From Fervidobacterium sp. (GTDB taxonomy: Bacteria > Thermotogota > Thermotogae > Thermotogales > Fervidobacteriaceae), in assembly GCA_049970055.1 (NCBI GenBank), contig JBMFNR010000001.1, forward strand, positions 32,001 to 96,000: a stretch of 64,000 nucleotides of DNA, read 5' to 3'. The notes under the pieces are model-generated. The model saw nothing but the letters and a program-made list of their open reading frames with translations. It was not told the DNA's origin and ran no database searches. The stretch's first letter is position 1, and the number at the start of each line of letters is the position of its first letter. Of this stretch, positions 62,213 to 64,000 are shown in pieces. The position numbers were made by a program, and so were the translations under genes.

Positions 62213-63376
62213 TTATCTCATCAATTGCAGTACCTGTTGTGGCTGAGCATTCGCTTGTGCAAGCATTGACATACTCGATTGTAGTAAAATTTGTTGTTTT
62301 GTGAATGCCATCATTTCTTTTGCCATGTCTGCGTCTCTGATTCGGCTTTCCGCAGCTGTCAAGTTTTCCGCTGCTACTCCAAGGTTCGCTATTGTATGCT
62401 CTAACCTGTTCTGCACTGCACCAAGCGATGCACGTGCTGTACTTACCCTGTGAATCGCTGCATCGATTACCATTATTGTTCTTTCTGCACTATTTTGGTC
62501 TGTAACTTTCAGCGTCGATGTTAGCAATCCAAGAGCTTTAGAGCTCATGTTATCAATACCTGCTATCATGTTATGACCTTCGTTAGCTCCTATTTGGAAA
62601 ACGAGTTGGTTGTTGTTTGTGTATATAGCTTCCACTCTAACTACGGCACTGTCAACAACTTCATTCTTAGGTAACGCTCCACCAAAGTCGGATAATCTAA
62701 ACTGAGTACCGTTCCATCTAAATGTTATGTTACCAAGTGCTATCGAACCAGCACCTATGGTAGCAAAAGAATATGTGACACCACCAGCAGTGATAAGCGT
62801 GACCTTGACGTCAATTGCAGATGTTACATTCCCTGAGAGTTGCCCAACTTCAAAGATGTATGTACCTTCTACCGCTGCTGAGCTTGGTGTACCAGTTATG
62901 ATATTGATATTACCACCGGTAACAACTTTTGCATCAGGTGTGAATCTGAAGCCTTCCAATTTTCCATCAAGTAATTTCTTCGTGTTGAATTCCGTTGTTC
63001 TTCCTATCCTGTCTATCTCTTCTCTTAATTGGTTGAGTTCCGCTTGGATTTGGTTTCTATCAACATCCGTATTTGTGTCACTTGCTGCTTGAACTCCAAG
63101 TTCTCTCATCCTCTGGAGTATTGAGTGAACTTCTGTTAATGCGCCTTCTGCTGTCTGAATCAAAGATATCGCGTCTTGTGCATTTTTCACTGCCATATCA
63201 AGACCTTTGATTTGACCTCTCATCTTTTCACTGATCGCCAAACCTGCTGCGTCGTCTCCCGCTCTGTTGATCCTCAAACCAGATGAGAGCCTTTCAAGAG
63301 TTTTGCTCATATCCATGTTGGTCATAGAAATGTTTCTCCAACTGTTGAGAGCGTTAATGTTGTGGTTAATCCTCAT
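62213..63376 (-). CDS. fliC: Flagellin (paralog A)
   Basis: Conserved flagellin N- and C-terminal domains. Confidence 0.96.
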   Translation of the reverse strand: MRINHNINALNSWRNISMTNMDMSKTLERLSSGLRINRAGDDAAGLAISEKMRGQIKGLDMAVKNAQDAISLIQTAEGALTEVHSILQRMRELGVQAASDTNTDVDRNQIQAELNQLREEIDRIGRTTEFNTKKLLDGKLEGFRFTPDAKVVTGGNINIITGTPSSAAVEGTYIFEVGQLSGNVTSAIDVKVTLITAGGVTYSFATIGAGSIALGNITFRWNGTQFRLSDFGGALPKNEVVDSAVVRVEAIYTNNNQLVFQIGANEGHNMIAGIDNMSSKALGLLTSTLKVTDQNSAERTIMVIDAAIHRVSTARASLGAVQNRLEHTIANLGVAAENLTAAESRIRDADMAKEMMAFTKQQILLQSSMSMLAQANAQPQQVLQLMR

Positions 63377-63446
63377 ACTTGCCCACCTCCATGTGTTTTT
63401 TTCCTTAATATTAAAATTACCAAGGGCGCCCTTGCTACCGATACTA

Positions 63447-63473
63447 TTATCGGAAACAAAAAGAAAAATTTTA
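63447..63473 (-). promoter_or_regulatory. Sigma-28 (FliA) promoter of flagellin A
   Basis: TAAA-N15-TCCGATAA versus consensus TAAA-N15-GCCGATAA. Confidence 0.85.
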
Positions 63474-63477
63474 GTGT

Positions 63478-63999
63478 TTATTTATTGTAGTATCTCTGAT
63501 TTTCAAGTAATTGTTCTTGAGGAACTGGCCTCGTCTCCCTGGCAGGTGAGCCAACATATATCATCCGAGGATTTGCATTTCTTGTGAGAACTGCTCCTGC
63601 TGCTATCAAAGCGTCTTGACCAATTTCCTTACCAGGTAATATCGTTGCGTTTGCACCTATTCGTGCACCTTTTCTCACTATTGGTCCTTTGAAATATTTC
63701 TTTCTTTCCTCCGTTCTGCCTAAAAAGTTGTCGTTAGTGAATGTAACCATCGGAGCTATAAAGCAGTAATCTTCTATGGTTGAGATAGCGGTTATGTAAG
63801 CATTTGTTTCGATTTTTACGTACTTACCAATGAATGTTTTGTTTTCAACGGCAACGCCTCTTCCGATTATCGTATATTCCCCTATTTCAACATCTTCTCT
63901 TATACTTGCCAAATCACCAACGAAGACGAAATCTTTAAGAATCGCCCCTCTATATATAACACAATTTGCACCAATTGTTACGTATTTACCTATTCTCAG
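63478..63999 (-). CDS. Hexapeptide-repeat (LbH) N-acetyltransferase; 5' end outside the window
   Basis: IG..V.IG repeats, VTFTND, GARIGANATILPG, IAAGAV; frame open to the window edge. Confidence 0.85.
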   Translation of the reverse strand: MRIGKYVTIGANCVIYRGAILKDFVFVGDLASIREDVEIGEYTIIGRGVAVENKTFIGKYVKIETNAYITAISTIEDYCFIAPMVTFTNDNFLGRTEERKKYFKGPIVRKGARIGANATILPGKEIGQDALIAAGAVLTRNANPRMIYVGSPARETRPVPQEQLLENQRYYNK

Positions 64000-64000
64000 A

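Noticed and set aside
58208..63376. Flagellin pair as an invertible phase-variation switch
   Set aside because: Both genes have the same orientation, and no recombinase or flanking inverted repeats were seen.

Overview
AT-rich, densely coding bacterial chromosome segment. Gene content and order point to Thermotogota, probably Fervidobacterium/Thermosipho-like (inference): hrcA-grpE-dnaJ without dnaK, rpsB without tsf, a Thermotoga-type NrdD and a stand-alone TrpB2. Left to right: (1) minus-strand run gatA-gatB-secreted hypothetical-hemW-ftsW-murG-murC-smc-PAS/GAF protein-fliJ; (2) plus-strand run flavin reductase-transaldolase-aspS-STAS-cmk-ispH/rpsA fusion-der-CxxCxxCC protein-HD-GYP, then rpsB with a t44-like leader; (3) a carbohydrate-capture operon (CBM4 lipoprotein, secreted CBM4 protein, putative beta-barrel, ABC sugar-binding protein) with two 1-nt frameshifts; (4) hrcA-grpE-dnaJ with a degenerate CIRCE; (5) a LytS/LytTR pair, nrdG-nrdD with NrdR boxes, mutS, tsaB; (6) GntP permease, glycerate kinase, EEP phosphatase, a TPR-GT4 glycosyltransferase and a decayed ParB-like/methyltransferase remnant; (7) trpB2 behind a complete WWWW leader-peptide attenuator missing from the ORF track; (8) a liv ABC operon, sdaAB-sdaAA, and a flagellin-GT2-flagellin-acetyltransferase locus. 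No rRNA, tRNA, CRISPR array or transposase was seen. All calls come from reading motifs by eye; no database searches were run.
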